DNA of 64,000 nt from an uncultured Gammaproteobacteria bacterium (GCA_964486505.1 CAZAMC010000002.1:65656-129655); one strand, 5' to 3'; positions 12,057-22,351 are shown, numbered from the stretch's first letter. Numbers and translations are program-made. Notes: generated by a model not told the origin, from the sequence alone.

Positions 12057-12218
12057 CTAGCTTTGTTGCTTCGGTGGCGCCGGGTAGTGCCAAAAGACCA
12101 GAATTAGCACCAGTAGGCCCCATAAGTAGGAGCCATCTTTCGTGACTATGACCGCAACAATGTCTGCGGCGATAATCAGGAGACAAATGAAAAAGAGCGT
12201 AATGTAGTAGTACTTCAT
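12057..12218 (-). CDS. Small two-TM membrane protein (53 aa; not in ORF track)
   Basis: MKYYYITLFFICLLIIAADIVAVIVTKDGSYLWGLLVLILVFWHYPAPPKQQS with GGAGGG SD. Confidence 0.55.
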   Translation of the reverse strand: MKYYYITLFFICLLIIAADIVAVIVTKDGSYLWGLLVLILVFWHYPAPPKQQS

Positions 12219-12358
12219 GTGCCCTCCATGTTTTTCTTTGCCGCGACCTTAGCATGGGGATGCGGGGTTGTAAACACGCGCGGTCCGGGAGTAGTGTGAG
12301 TTTTCATCTTGCATAGTTCAGTAGAAGTACTACCCTGAAAGCAAACAAAGGAGGAGCA

Positions 12359-12499
12359 TTGGCAATCCATATTGAACCGCTCGTTGCGATAGTATTCCTT
12401 ATTTTCTGCATTTTAGTAGCGACGGCTATCGCTCAACTGCTCACCCTGCTTATTCCAAGAAGGAAGCATCGCAATAGCGTGTCTTGCCGCTCCACCTAG
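12359..12499 (+). CDS. Small single-TM protein with basic tail (46 aa; TTG start)
   Basis: AAGGAGGAG SD; MAIHIEPLVAIVFLIFCILVATAIAQLLTLLIPRRKHRNSVSCRST. Confidence 0.45.
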   Translation: MAIHIEPLVAIVFLIFCILVATAIAQLLTLLIPRRKHRNSVSCRST

Positions 12500-12563
12500 G
12501 GGCGGTTTTCTTGACGTGCCAGCAAACCCCTACTAGTCTAGTAGGAGAATCACTTTAACCACC

Positions 12564-13157
12564 ATGCGTATGAATAAGCGACGTGTGCTTGCCCTCGGGC
12601 TCGTTGGTGCGGCGTTTTTTGCTGTGGTCTCTGCACAGACCACGTCTGCTGCGGGCTCGCCATTTGATGCTCTGTGGAGTGCGTTGAACGCGCTGGAGGA
12701 ACGCGTTGATAACCTTAACCTCATTCCTGGGCCTCCAGGGCCAGAGGGTCCGCAAGGTCCACAAGGCGAAGTTGGCCCCCAAGGCCCGGCCGGTGCCGAT
12801 GGCGCGACTGGCCCCCAAGGTCCGCAAGGTGAGCAAGGCCCAATGGGACCGCAAGGGCTAACCGGTGCCACTGGTCCGCAAGGCCCGGCCGGTGCCGATG
12901 GTACTGCTGGGAACATTGAGCTTCGCACTCGACGGGGGACTGACGTCACGAGCGCTGGCCCGATTATCGATGCGGTTGCCTTCTGCGAACTTGATGAGAC
13001 ATTAGTGGGCGGTAGTTACGAGCTTTCCCAAGCGGATGCCCACACCTTTGCTGCGCACATTGTGATGATCGGGCAACCTGCGTGGCTCGTCCACGTAAAA
13101 ACCGTGGGCATTCCTACAACGGTTACCGCCATTGCGCACTGCATGAAGATTGTCTAG
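12564..13157 (+). CDS. Secreted collagen-like protein
   Basis: Signal peptide, about 21 Gly-X-Y triplets, C-terminal globular domain with a Cys pair. Confidence 0.85.
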   Translation: MRMNKRRVLALGLVGAAFFAVVSAQTTSAAGSPFDALWSALNALEERVDNLNLIPGPPGPEGPQGPQGEVGPQGPAGADGATGPQGPQGEQGPMGPQGLTGATGPQGPAGADGTAGNIELRTRRGTDVTSAGPIIDAVAFCELDETLVGGSYELSQADAHTFAAHIVMIGQPAWLVHVKTVGIPTTVTAIAHCMKIV

Positions 13158-13306
13158 CACGCGCGGTGCTCGCCTTGGGGAACAGCCCACTGGGAGTTGT
13201 CTGAGCGTGGATTACCAAAACATTTTAGTACAGCTGCTCGGCAACGAGCAGCTTTTATTTTTTTCAATTCTCCCGTATGGTTACCTGGCGTATGGAGGAC
13301 AAAACT

Positions 13307-14530
13307 ATGGCAAAGCGAAAAAAGCAACCGTATTCTATTTGGTGGCACGCGGCGGTACTTGCCATGGTGGTTATCATTGGTGCAGTTTTCGTTTTCCAAT
13401 GGCAGCGGCGCCCCGCGGCAAGTTCTACTGTCGGGCAGGGAATGCAACCCGTTCGCCAGCCTGACGTACTCGTGCTCGCCCAGAGTCCGTTGCGTGAAAG
13501 CATTATTGCTGCAGGCGACTACCTCATCCGGCAGCAGCTGCCCAACGGTGACCTCACCTACCAAGTAGATGTTGTAACCGGGAACCGGAATGTTTTACCG
13601 GTTTCAGTTCGGCAACTGGCTGCGACGAGCGGCCTGTACACAGTCTGCCAAGTGAGTAGAGACCAGAAATACTGCGATGCTGCAGACCGAGCTCTTGCCT
13701 ACTACTGGAAGGATATTGTACCCGTGCCAGCACCGTACCAAGGGGTATGCTACTTCTCCACCGGTGGTTGCCTCACGGGCGCCTCGGGCATTGCCATTGA
13801 CGCGGTGTACAAGCGCTGGCTCGCTACCGGCAACGTGATGCTCGGTGATGAGAATCTCCTGGAGACTGCCCGAGCAATTGGCCGCTTCATTACGAGTTTC
13901 AAGCTGGAGGACGGTACGTACGGCGAACTGCTCTACCCGGTTGCGGGTGGCATTGTGGATCCGTTCTACACGTCCTGGTACAACCCTTCTGAATCGGTGT
14001 ACGCATTGGCAGAACTCTACGATATGACCGGAGAGAACGTTTGGCTGGAGAACGTACAGGTGCTCAACGCATTCCTCGAGAGCAAGCCCGCCACCGCCGA
14101 CCAGTGGCATAGCCACGCGCTGAATATTCTCACGAAGCTTGGCAAGGCGAACAAGGACGACATTGCTTACGGGAAGAAGATTAGCGGAGCAATCCTTGCG
14201 AAAGAATCGGCAACTCTGGTGCCAACAGCTTCAGCCTTTGACCTAGGCACGAAGGTGGAGGCCCTGGCCGCCCTCGCGCAAGTCATGGCACGTTCTGGCG
14301 AGGGTCACACACAGCTGGCCGATGCGGCGCAGCGGTACATTCAGTTCTTGCAGGTTCGTCAGATGCCTGACGTTCAGTGCGGGTGGAAGATAACCGACGT
14401 CGAAAAGGCGCGCTACGCCGGGGGGTTTATTACGAACTGCGACGAGAGCGTCATTCGTGCAGACACGGGGCTGCACTGGATTTACGGCGTTACTGCTTTC
14501 CTGGAATACCAAGCGCTGGCTGCCTCGTAA
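13307..14530 (+). CDS. Membrane-anchored alpha/alpha-barrel protein (terpene cyclase/glycosidase-like fold)
   Basis: N-terminal TM; AGDYLIRQQLPNGD QW-like motif; YALAELYDMTGE. Confidence 0.5.
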   Translation: MAKRKKQPYSIWWHAAVLAMVVIIGAVFVFQWQRRPAASSTVGQGMQPVRQPDVLVLAQSPLRESIIAAGDYLIRQQLPNGDLTYQVDVVTGNRNVLPVSVRQLAATSGLYTVCQVSRDQKYCDAADRALAYYWKDIVPVPAPYQGVCYFSTGGCLTGASGIAIDAVYKRWLATGNVMLGDENLLETARAIGRFITSFKLEDGTYGELLYPVAGGIVDPFYTSWYNPSESVYALAELYDMTGENVWLENVQVLNAFLESKPATADQWHSHALNILTKLGKANKDDIAYGKKISGAILAKESATLVPTASAFDLGTKVEALAALAQVMARSGEGHTQLADAAQRYIQFLQVRQMPDVQCGWKITDVEKARYAGGFITNCDESVIRADTGLHWIYGVTAFLEYQALAAS

Positions 14531-14547
14531 AGAAGCCCGACCTGCGC

Positions 14548-14574
14548 AACGAGCTGGCGGAGAGGGAGAGATTC
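14548..14574 (-). repeat. 27-bp duplicate of tRNA-Ser 3' end and flank
   Basis: aacgagctggcggagagggagagattc identical to 14725-14751. Confidence 0.9.
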
Positions 14575-14731
14575 ACCCCCATAGGTCATGGAGGCATGTT
14601 CCTGGTTGGGGTCCCCACAACTGTGGCGCGCAGCGCAGTGAGCACGCAGTTGTGGGGCAAAGCGAGGCTTCGCACAGAGGGCGGAGCTTTTCGCGGTCAC
14701 GCGAAAACGGAGCTCGACGGGCGAAACGAGC

Positions 14732-14819
14732 TGGCGGAGAGGGAGAGATTCGAACTCTCGATACCTTTCGGTATACTCGCTTTCCAAGCGAGCGCACTAG
14801 GCCACTATGCGACCTCTCC
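14732..14819 (-). tRNA. tRNA-Ser(GGA)
   Basis: Cloverleaf GGAGAGG...CTCGC-TTGGAAA-GCGAG, long variable arm, TTCGAAT, encoded CCA. Confidence 0.95.
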
Positions 14820-14827
14820 GTGAATAA

Positions 14828-15085
14828 TTATCGCTTCTTTATCGTGCCATCTAGTAAGGCACGAAATTGCACTCCACCTTTGTACTTTTTTACTCTTTGC
14901 TCCATTCCGTGTGCCTCACTTCTGGTCTGGTATTGTTCCATAAATACAACCTTCCAGGGCATTCCGATCTTCGTCGAGCGTACAGCGCCACGATTATGTT
15001 GAGCCAACCGGCTGGCTACATCCTCGGTGTGACCAATATAATACCGACCGTTTCGAATACTCTGCAAAATATACACCGTAAACAT
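14828..15085 (-). CDS. Small GIY-YIG nuclease family protein
   Basis: MFTVYILQS...YYIGHTEDVASRLAQHNRG...EQRVKK. Confidence 0.9.
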   Translation of the reverse strand: MFTVYILQSIRNGRYYIGHTEDVASRLAQHNRGAVRSTKIGMPWKVVFMEQYQTRSEAHGMEQRVKKYKGGVQFRALLDGTIKKR

Positions 15086-15091
15086 AGTTGA

Positions 15092-15215
15092 GCTTTCTGC
15101 CGCGGAGCGGCATCCCGCTCCGCGGGACAAGCGAGCGCACTAGGCCACCCACCGCGATACGGGGCCCCGCTTCGCGGGATATGCTTGCCCCGCCGAATGG
15201 CGGGGCGACCTCTCC
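15092..15215 (-). pseudogene. Fragmented duplicate of tRNA-Ser 5' half with three palindromic insertions
   Basis: Blocks gctttc|caagcgagcgcactaggccac|tatgc|gacctctcc are collinear with tRNA-Ser 14779-14819. Confidence 0.85.
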
Positions 15216-15618
15216 ACGAAGAGCGAATGTAGCATACCGGTCACTTCTTTCAAGGGCAACTGCCACTCCGCCGTCATTGACATTCCGAAGAGGCACGAGT
15301 ACGTTCTTTGTAGTTCCTTAACTTCGAGATTGGAGGTATTCAGTGTCTCGAACACAGCTCCCCGTTAGTAAGGACGGCGTTTCGATTGATCTTGGCGCGA
15401 CCGCCGAGGCAGCACGAAAAAATGTCGATCGCGACAAGGCGGGAACGCCCGTCCATGCATGCGGACTGGTTAGTCATAGGGACTGCCCCTGCTGGGTCTG
15501 CACGTCCAAGTCATGCGCCGCATGTAATGCCAGCCTTATCTAGCTGGCGGGTCAGCCATTATTTTAAAGGCGTGCGCAACCCGCACGCCTTTTGCACACC
15601 GTACGCTATACTACACCT

Positions 15619-15960
15619 ATGCGCTCTGTCCTCCACGGAAAAATCCACAACGCCACCGTCACCGAAGCTGACCTCAGCTACATCGGGAGCATTACCATAG
15701 ACGGGGACTTGGTGGAGAAGGCGGGGCTGTGGCCAGGGGAGAAAGTGCTCGTGGTGAGCAATACCAGCGGGGCGAGGCTGGAAACATACGTCATTGTCGG
15801 CGCGCCTGGGTCCGGAACCATTTGCATGAACGGTGCTTCGGCGCACCTCATCAAGAAGGGCGAGCAGGTCATTATCATGGGTTTTGAACTCTCAGATGCA
15901 CCCATCACCGCGAAGAATGTGCTGGTGGATGAGCAGAATGCGTTTGTGAAATTTTTATGA
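15619..15960 (+). CDS. panD: Aspartate 1-decarboxylase
   Basis: KIHNATVTEADLSYIG-SITID autocleavage site; RLETY; NGASAH. Confidence 0.95.
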   Translation: MRSVLHGKIHNATVTEADLSYIGSITIDGDLVEKAGLWPGEKVLVVSNTSGARLETYVIVGAPGSGTICMNGASAHLIKKGEQVIIMGFELSDAPITAKNVLVDEQNAFVKFL

Positions 15961-16526
15961 AAATTCGTGGCTGCGTTTGGCCCGGCACCGATCCCATCAT
16001 GCTCCGCTACCACGACCGGGAGTGGGGCGTGCCGCTGAGGAATGACCGTAAGCTCTTTGAGTTCATGGTGCTGGACGCATTCCAGGCCGGCTTGAGCTGG
16101 CGGACGATTCTGCACAAACGCAAGAACTTCGAAAAGGCATTCGACAACTTTGATCCAGCGAAAATCGCGAAGTATACACCCGCGAAGATTCGTAGGCTCC
16201 TTAGTGACGCCGGCATCATTCGCAACCGCCTGAAGATCAACGGAACGGTGAAGAATGCCAAAGCCTACGTTGCGCTCAAGAAGAAGCACGGGAGTTTTGC
16301 AAAATACCTGTGGCACTTTGTTGGGGACAAGCCAAAAGTGAATCACTGGAAGACCGAAAAGCAAATTCCGGCCCGAAGCAGAGAGTCCGACGCCATGAGC
16401 AGTGCGTTGAAGCAAGAAGGTTTTACATTTGTTGGTTCAACCATCTGCTATGCTTTCATGCAGGCGGCCGGGATGGTGAATGACCACCTGGTAACGTGCC
16501 CGCGGTGGCGGGAGGTTCGCAAATAG
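15957..16526 (+). CDS. tag: DNA-3-methyladenine glycosylase I
   Basis: YHDREWG, FQAGLSW, IIRNRLKI, GMVNDHLVTC. Confidence 0.95.
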   Translation: MKIRGCVWPGTDPIMLRYHDREWGVPLRNDRKLFEFMVLDAFQAGLSWRTILHKRKNFEKAFDNFDPAKIAKYTPAKIRRLLSDAGIIRNRLKINGTVKNAKAYVALKKKHGSFAKYLWHFVGDKPKVNHWKTEKQIPARSRESDAMSSALKQEGFTFVGSTICYAFMQAAGMVNDHLVTCPRWREVRK

Positions 16527-16562
16527 TAAAACGACCCACGGGGGTCGTTTCCACTGAATGTT

Positions 16563-16802
16563 CTATGGTGCTTTCGCAAGCCGGTGGCTGCCTTCGAGTG
16601 CGCCTTCGGTCTTCACGAGTTCTGCCATCTTCCGCTCCGCCAGCATTCGCGCTTCTGCTTCGCTCAGCGCATCCTGAATGGTGAAGAACGAGTGTGGCCC
16701 CGTAACCTCCTTGCGGTAGGAGAACCTGTAGTCTCCCTGGCGTGTCGCGTAGATGCTTGGCTGTGGTCCTACCAAGGACCACAGAAATGCGATTACGCTC
16801 AT
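16563..16802 (-). CDS. Hypothetical protein
   Basis: ORF with an AAGGAAGG SD-like sequence before MSVIAFLW. Confidence 0.4.
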   Translation of the reverse strand: MSVIAFLWSLVGPQPSIYATRQGDYRFSYRKEVTGPHSFFTIQDALSEAEARMLAERKMAELVKTEGALEGSHRLAKAP

Positions 16803-16950
16803 ATCCTTCCTTTCATTTCGTACGTTGTGTTTTTTGCAATTCCTCATGCTAGCAGCGAAACTGTGAAAAGTCAAGATGTCCTGGATGGCTGGTAGGAACT
16901 TCCAGCAGTTTAGTGGTAGAATAGTTTCAGCTCGCTTTCACCATCCCCGT

Positions 16951-17358
16951 ATGCCTGAAGCAACCATCAACTATCTGGCCGTGCTCGTGGCGGCAGTGAT
17001 TAACATGTTCGTCGGGTACATCTGGTACCACCAGAAAGTTTTCGGGACGGCGTGGATGCAGCTGGTCGGTATGACCGAGGAGAAAGCGAAGCAGGGTGCG
17101 GGGCTGGCTATGGGCGGGATGTTCGTGGTGGCGCTCATCTCTAATTACACCCTGGCGCACTTCGTAGACTACACGCAGGCCGCGTCGTTCGTGGACGGCG
17201 CCGTGACTGGTTTCTGGCTCTGGCTTGGTTTCTCGGGCGCCGTACTCTTCACTATGGTTGCCTTTGAGCGGCGGCCGGGAAAGTGGTTCGCCATCAGCGC
17301 TGGCTACCAGCTACTCGTCTTGCTCGTAAATGGCGGGCTGCTGGCGACCTGGGCATAA
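16951..17358 (+). CDS. DUF1761 family membrane protein
   Basis: INYLAVLVAA...WY...FG..WM; GFWLWLGF. Confidence 0.85.
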   Translation: MPEATINYLAVLVAAVINMFVGYIWYHQKVFGTAWMQLVGMTEEKAKQGAGLAMGGMFVVALISNYTLAHFVDYTQAASFVDGAVTGFWLWLGFSGAVLFTMVAFERRPGKWFAISAGYQLLVLLVNGGLLATWA

Positions 17359-17487
17359 GCGCTGGTTCACCTGAGTAAACGCCCTCCTTCTGGAGGGTGT
17401 TTTCCTGTACACTTGGTGCATGCATGAGCAACAGTTCATCTTTCAGTTCGTTAACGCAGTTGCACTGGAGTGCGGAGGGCAGCGCGC

Positions 17488-19248
17488 ATGAAGCGAGGTA
17501 ATGTGACAGCACGCATTGTTTCCCTTGTGCTTCTCTCTGTACTCGTACCGCAGGTTGCGGGCGCCTCGGTGTTGGGTGTCAACGTGCACGCGGTGCAACG
17601 CTACGCCCCGGGGGAGTGGGCAACGCTCGAGACGCGGTTAGCAGAAACCGACGTGCGCTGGGCGCGGGAGGAGTTTTATTGGAATCGCATTGAGCCAGTT
17701 GCGGGCACCTATGCCTGGTCGGGCTACGACGAAGCCGTGGCCATGTACGCTAGACAGAGCATTGATGTCCTTGGGCTGTTGGCGTACAGCGCCACCTGGG
17801 CGAGCGCGCACCCAAACCCCGTCACGAATGATGATCGCGTTTTCTCCGTGCCCGACCTCACTGCCTGGGGGAACTTTGTTCGCGCCGTTGTCCAGCGGTA
17901 CAAGGGGAGCGTGCACGCGTGGGAAATTTGGAATGAGCCAGACGCGGCTCACTTTCTGCGACCGCAGGCTGGCAGCGCTGCGTACCTCCCCATTTTGAAA
18001 ACGGCGTACGGCGCAATTAAAGAAGTGGACCCGAGCGCCACTGTGGTAACCGGCGGAACGGCGGGTATTAATTACGCCTTTGTAAAGAACCTGTACACCC
18101 TTGGGGGCAAAGGTTTCTTTGATGTGATTGGCGTGCACGCGTACCGCACGCTCGGCGCGGACTTCCGCTCATCGCCCGAGACCTCCCGCTTTGGTTTGCA
18201 TAGCGTAGACGTAGATCTCGCTGCACTCAATGCCGTTATTGCAAAGTACGATGCGGGCCGACCGGTTTGGGTAACCGAGTTTGGGTGGCCCACGCACGCG
18301 GCCGGGGTCACTGAAGCGCAGCAAGCCGCATACTTGCAACGCGCAACGCTCCTCGCCATGACGCAGGGCGTGCAGCGGTTGTTCTGGTACGACTTCCGTA
18401 ACGATGGCACCGATGCAGGAAACCAAGAGCAGAACTTTGGCTTCTACTCGCGGGCGTGGGTAGCGAAGCCAATTGTGTCGGCGTACCGCGAAGTGCAGGA
18501 CATGGTCGGCGAAGGTACCTTTGCCCGCTGGGAACCGCTATTCACCACCCGCATCGCCGACATGCGCACAGGGACGTACCGTGCGGAGCAGTGGCAGCAG
18601 GGGGCGCTCAAGTCCACGGCCCCGGCACGGCGACTGAGCACGCAGCCCTCACCCGCGGGTGGCCAGCGTGTTGTTCTGCCTTTTGACTTCCGCAATGCGC
18701 GCGGCTCTACCTTCGCGCAGCTCACCGGCAGTTTTCCCCGCACCTACGCAAAGCAGCTCGGGTTCTGGTACTTTGGTGATGGCAATCTCAACGACCTGCG
18801 CGTGCGCCTCGTGGACAACCAGGGGGAGACCTTCCAGCTCACCGTGGGCCCGGTGGGTTCGGGTTGGCAACGCGTGGCTTTGGATTTGCGCACGCCAAGC
18901 CAGAGTATGACCTCGTGGGGAGCGCGGAAGAACAGCCGCATTGACTACCCGGTTCGGCTTCAATCTATCCTGGTGGATGCCAGCAGCAATGCGCTTTCGA
19001 AACGCGGGTCAATTTCCGTGGGACCGGTGTTCACGCTTGCACAACCTACGGCGCAGTTTGTGCGTTTTCGAACGGCCACGAACACCGTGTGGGCGGCGTG
19101 GGCAGAGGTGGCGAATACGGGCGTTACCGTCCGGGCCCCTGTTGACCGGACGTTCGAGTTGGTGCAAGCTGGGACTGCCCAGGCCGCGAGCCCCGACGCT
19201 GGCCGCCTGACGCTCACCCTCGACAAACGACCACTATTCCTACGCTAA
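17488..19248 (+). CDS. Secreted clan GH-A glycoside hydrolase (GH39/GH5-like) with C-terminal CBM-like domain
   Basis: Signal peptide; WEIWNEP acid/base and VWVTEFGW nucleophile motifs. Confidence 0.85.
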   Translation: MKRGNVTARIVSLVLLSVLVPQVAGASVLGVNVHAVQRYAPGEWATLETRLAETDVRWAREEFYWNRIEPVAGTYAWSGYDEAVAMYARQSIDVLGLLAYSATWASAHPNPVTNDDRVFSVPDLTAWGNFVRAVVQRYKGSVHAWEIWNEPDAAHFLRPQAGSAAYLPILKTAYGAIKEVDPSATVVTGGTAGINYAFVKNLYTLGGKGFFDVIGVHAYRTLGADFRSSPETSRFGLHSVDVDLAALNAVIAKYDAGRPVWVTEFGWPTHAAGVTEAQQAAYLQRATLLAMTQGVQRLFWYDFRNDGTDAGNQEQNFGFYSRAWVAKPIVSAYREVQDMVGEGTFARWEPLFTTRIADMRTGTYRAEQWQQGALKSTAPARRLSTQPSPAGGQRVVLPFDFRNARGSTFAQLTGSFPRTYAKQLGFWYFGDGNLNDLRVRLVDNQGETFQLTVGPVGSGWQRVALDLRTPSQSMTSWGARKNSRIDYPVRLQSILVDASSNALSKRGSISVGPVFTLAQPTAQFVRFRTATNTVWAAWAEVANTGVTVRAPVDRTFELVQAGTAQAASPDAGRLTLTLDKRPLFLR

Positions 19249-19303
19249 ACGTAAGCTCGAGCAATTTTCTACACTTGCCCTCCCCTGAGGAGGAGATTTT
19301 CCT

Positions 19304-21073
19304 ATGACCGTAGTCGGTTCACCCATTGAAGAGATTAAAGCTCGGCTGGATATTGCCGAGGTCATTGGGGAGTACGTGCCGCTCAAGCCGAGTGGACCGG
19401 AACGATTAAAAGCTCGATGCCCCTTCCACAACGAGAAGACGCCGAGCTTCATGGTCTCGCGCGAGCGGCAGATTTACCACTGCTTCGGTTGTGGTGAGGG
19501 TGGCGACGTGCTGGCCTTTGTGCAGAAGATGGAGGGTTTAGATTTTCCTTCCACGCTCCGCCTTCTGGCAAAGAAGGCGAATGTCCCGCTCCCCAGCTAC
19601 GACCCGAAACTCACCAGTGAGCGCACGGCAATTCTGGATGCCCTCAAGCTGGCGGCTTCCTTCTACCACGAGGTGCTCCTTCGCGCGTCTGCAGCAGAAT
19701 CTGCGCGGCAGTACCTGGGTCATGAGCGCAAGCTACTGGATGAGACGATTGAACAGTTTGGGCTGGGGTACGCACCTGCCGATTGGGAGAGTTGCACGAA
19801 CGCGCTCAAGAAGAAAGGCATTACCGAAGCACGCCTGGTCGCTGCAGGGCTGGCGGTGCGGCGGGAGAAGGGGAGCGGCGTGTACGATCGGTTCCGGAAC
19901 CGGATCATGTTCCCCATCCGCGACCCCCACGGGGCAGTCATTGGTTTTGGCGGGCGGGCAATGGATGCAAACGATCCCGCCAAGTACATCAACACGCCGC
20001 AGACCCTGGTGTACAACAAGAGCACGGTTCTCTACGGCCTCGATCTGGCCAAGCACGAAATTCGCAAGCAGAAAGTAGCCGTGGTTGTGGAAGGGTACAT
20101 GGACTGCATTGCGTCGCACCAGGTCGGAGTCACGAATGTTGTTGCCTCTTCGGGCACAGCCCTCACCGAAGGGCAGGTGCTGCTGCTCAAGCGCTACGCC
20201 CCCACGACCGCGTTGGCTTTCGACATGGATCCTGCCGGTGAAACCGCGGCCAAGCGGGGGATAGCCGTGGCGTGGAAAGAAGGACTCGATGTAAAAGTCA
20301 TCAGCCTGCCGTTTGGGAAAGATCCGGACGAGTGCATCCGCCAGGAACCCGCCGCGTGGACGAGCGCCATCGGCAGCAGCCAACCCATCCTGGATTTTTA
20401 CTTCAGCCGGACTTTGGATCCGCGTGATTCCGCCAAGGTGCAGGATAAGAAAGACGCCGCAAAAATTCTGCTCCCCATCCTGGGCATGGTTGCCGATAGC
20501 ATTGAGCAGACGCACTACCTGCAGAAGCTGGCAACGTGGTTGAACGTGGACGAGCACATTCTCCGGCAGAAGCTCACCACCCCGCGGAACCGCCCGACCA
20601 CATCCAATGTACCGCCGCCCATGGTAGATCGGCGGGAGCGCCTTAGCCAGCGCCTGCTGGGCGTCCTGCAGCTGGAACCCTCGGCCTTGCCGGGCGTGGA
20701 GAACGTCATTTCGCCCGAGGCCCTGACGCAGCCCTGGCAGAACCTTTACAAATTTGTGCTGGTCCAGTATAGTAGCGACCACACCCCGAGTGCCGAAGCG
20801 TGGCGGCAATCCGCTGCGCAGGCCGATCCATCGCTCGCGGATGCCTTCGCCATCGCCTCGCTTGCGGTCAGCGACCTTACGGACGCGACCCCTGTCGAAC
20901 GCCACCGTGAAGTGCATGCCGTGGCTACGGAGCTCGCGCGGCTCTGGCTTACCCATGAGCTCCGCCAACTCACTGTAGCCCTGCAACGCGCCGAAGCATC
21001 TAAGGATGCGAAGGCCGTGCAAGAGCTTTCCAACCGCTTCACTACGCTGACCGCACAATTGCGTCAGCTCTAG
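19304..21073 (+). CDS. dnaG: DNA primase
   Basis: CPFHNEKTPSF zinc finger, KYINTP, VEGYMD, DPDE toprim motifs. Confidence 0.97.
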   Translation: MTVVGSPIEEIKARLDIAEVIGEYVPLKPSGPERLKARCPFHNEKTPSFMVSRERQIYHCFGCGEGGDVLAFVQKMEGLDFPSTLRLLAKKANVPLPSYDPKLTSERTAILDALKLAASFYHEVLLRASAAESARQYLGHERKLLDETIEQFGLGYAPADWESCTNALKKKGITEARLVAAGLAVRREKGSGVYDRFRNRIMFPIRDPHGAVIGFGGRAMDANDPAKYINTPQTLVYNKSTVLYGLDLAKHEIRKQKVAVVVEGYMDCIASHQVGVTNVVASSGTALTEGQVLLLKRYAPTTALAFDMDPAGETAAKRGIAVAWKEGLDVKVISLPFGKDPDECIRQEPAAWTSAIGSSQPILDFYFSRTLDPRDSAKVQDKKDAAKILLPILGMVADSIEQTHYLQKLATWLNVDEHILRQKLTTPRNRPTTSNVPPPMVDRRERLSQRLLGVLQLEPSALPGVENVISPEALTQPWQNLYKFVLVQYSSDHTPSAEAWRQSAAQADPSLADAFAIASLAVSDLTDATPVERHREVHAVATELARLWLTHELRQLTVALQRAEASKDAKAVQELSNRFTTLTAQLRQL

Positions 21074-21115
21074 CGTTGCTGGGTTCGGTACACACTCTGG
21101 CCGGAGATTTTGCCC

Positions 21116-22351
21116 ATGCCTCCAAAAAAGATCGCCAAGAAGTCGGCTTCGTCTGCCCGACGAAGTGAGAAGTCGAGCGCCAAGAAAGCTCGGCCCTCCA
21201 AAGCCCGCAAGGTCCTCAAGCGAGCCGCCCCCCGTTCCGCCCGGGCGTCCTTTACCTTTCCCCAGGATACGGCGGAGCTCATGCTGAAGAAAGCGAAGCA
21301 GCGCAGCTTCATTACGGAAGGCGAGCTCATGTACGCTTTCCCCGACCTCGAAGAGTACCTACCCGAAGTGGAAGACTTCCTCGCCCGACTGGAGCTCTTG
21401 GGTTTGCGCGTGGTGGAGAACACCAACATTTTGGGCAACGTGGACGAAGCGCCCCCGCCCATGACCAAGAAAGAGAAGAAAGCCAAGGAAAAGGAACTGG
21501 ACATGAGCCGCTTAGACCTCTCGGACATCTCGGGCGACTCCATTCAAATGTACCTACGGGAAATCGGTAAAGTGCCGTTGCTCCGGCCGGGGGAGGAAAT
21601 TGCCCTGGCGAAGCGCAAAGAGGCGGGCGATGTGGAAGCCGAGAAGAAGCTGGTGGAGGCAAACTTGCGTTTGGTCGTCTCGATTGCGAAGAAGTTCACT
21701 GGCCGTTCGCTCTCCTTACTGGACCTCATCCAGGAGGGCAACATTGGCTTGTTCCGCGCCGTAGAAAAGTTTGACTACCGCAAGGGCTACAAGTTCTCCA
21801 CCTACGCCACGTGGTGGATCCGCCAGGCGATTACCCGGGCCCTTGCCGACCAATCCCGCACCATCCGCATTCCCGTGCACATGGTGGAGACCATCAACAA
21901 GTTCCAGCAAATCGAGCGTCAGCTCATCCAGGATTTGGGTCGCGAACCGTTGCCCGAAGAAATTGCCGCGGAAATGGGGGAGACGGTAGAGAAGATTCAC
22001 CACATCATTAAAATTTCCCAGGAAACCGTGTCGCTAGAAACGAGCGTCGGTGAGGATGATGAAGACTCAACGTTGGGCGACTTCATTGAAGACCAGAAGA
22101 CCATCAGCCCCGACCGAGCCGCGGCCATGCAGCTGCTGAAAGATCACGTGCGGGATATTCTGGATACGCTGTCCCCGCGCGAGCAGAAGATTTTGGAAAT
22201 GCGGTTCGGCTTGCACGACGGTGTGGCCCACACCCTGGAAGAAGTGGGCCAGGAGTTTGGCGTCACCCGCGAGCGCATTCGGCAAATTGAAGCCAAAGCC
22301 TTGGAGCGCATCAAGGAGCATGAGGTGATGAAGAAGCTGAAGGATTACTAA
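21116..22351 (+). CDS. rpoD: Primary RNA polymerase sigma factor
   Basis: [36 protein letters not shown]; follows dnaG. Confidence 0.97.
   Translation: MPPKKIAKKSASSARRSEKSSAKKARPSKARKVLKRAAPRSARASFTFPQDTAELMLKKAKQRSFITEGELMYAFPDLEEYLPEVEDFLARLELLGLRVVENTNILGNVDEAPPPMTKKEKKAKEKELDMSRLDLSDISGDSIQMYLREIGKVPLLRPGEEIALAKRKEAGDVEAEKKLVEANLRLVVSIAKKFTGRSLSLLDLIQEGNIGLFRAVEKFDYRKGYKFSTYATWWIRQAITRALADQSRTIRIPVHMVETINKFQQIERQLIQDLGREPLPEEIAAEMGETVEKIHHIIKISQETVSLETSVGEDDEDSTLGDFIEDQKTISPDRAAAMQLLKDHVRDILDTLSPREQKILEMRFGLHDGVAHTLEEVGQEFGVTRERIRQIEAKALERIKEHEVMKKLKDY

Noticed and set aside
12726-12912. Direct DNA repeats in the collagen-like gene
   Set aside because: Explained by Gly-X-Y coding repeats.
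12016-14574. Prophage or integrative island ending at the tRNA-Ser 3' repeat
   Set aside because: The repeat is only 150 nt from the tRNA, so it does not enclose these genes, and there is no integrase or phage structural gene.
15619-15960. panD without panB/panC
   Set aside because: The other genes may lie outside the window, so this cannot be judged here.
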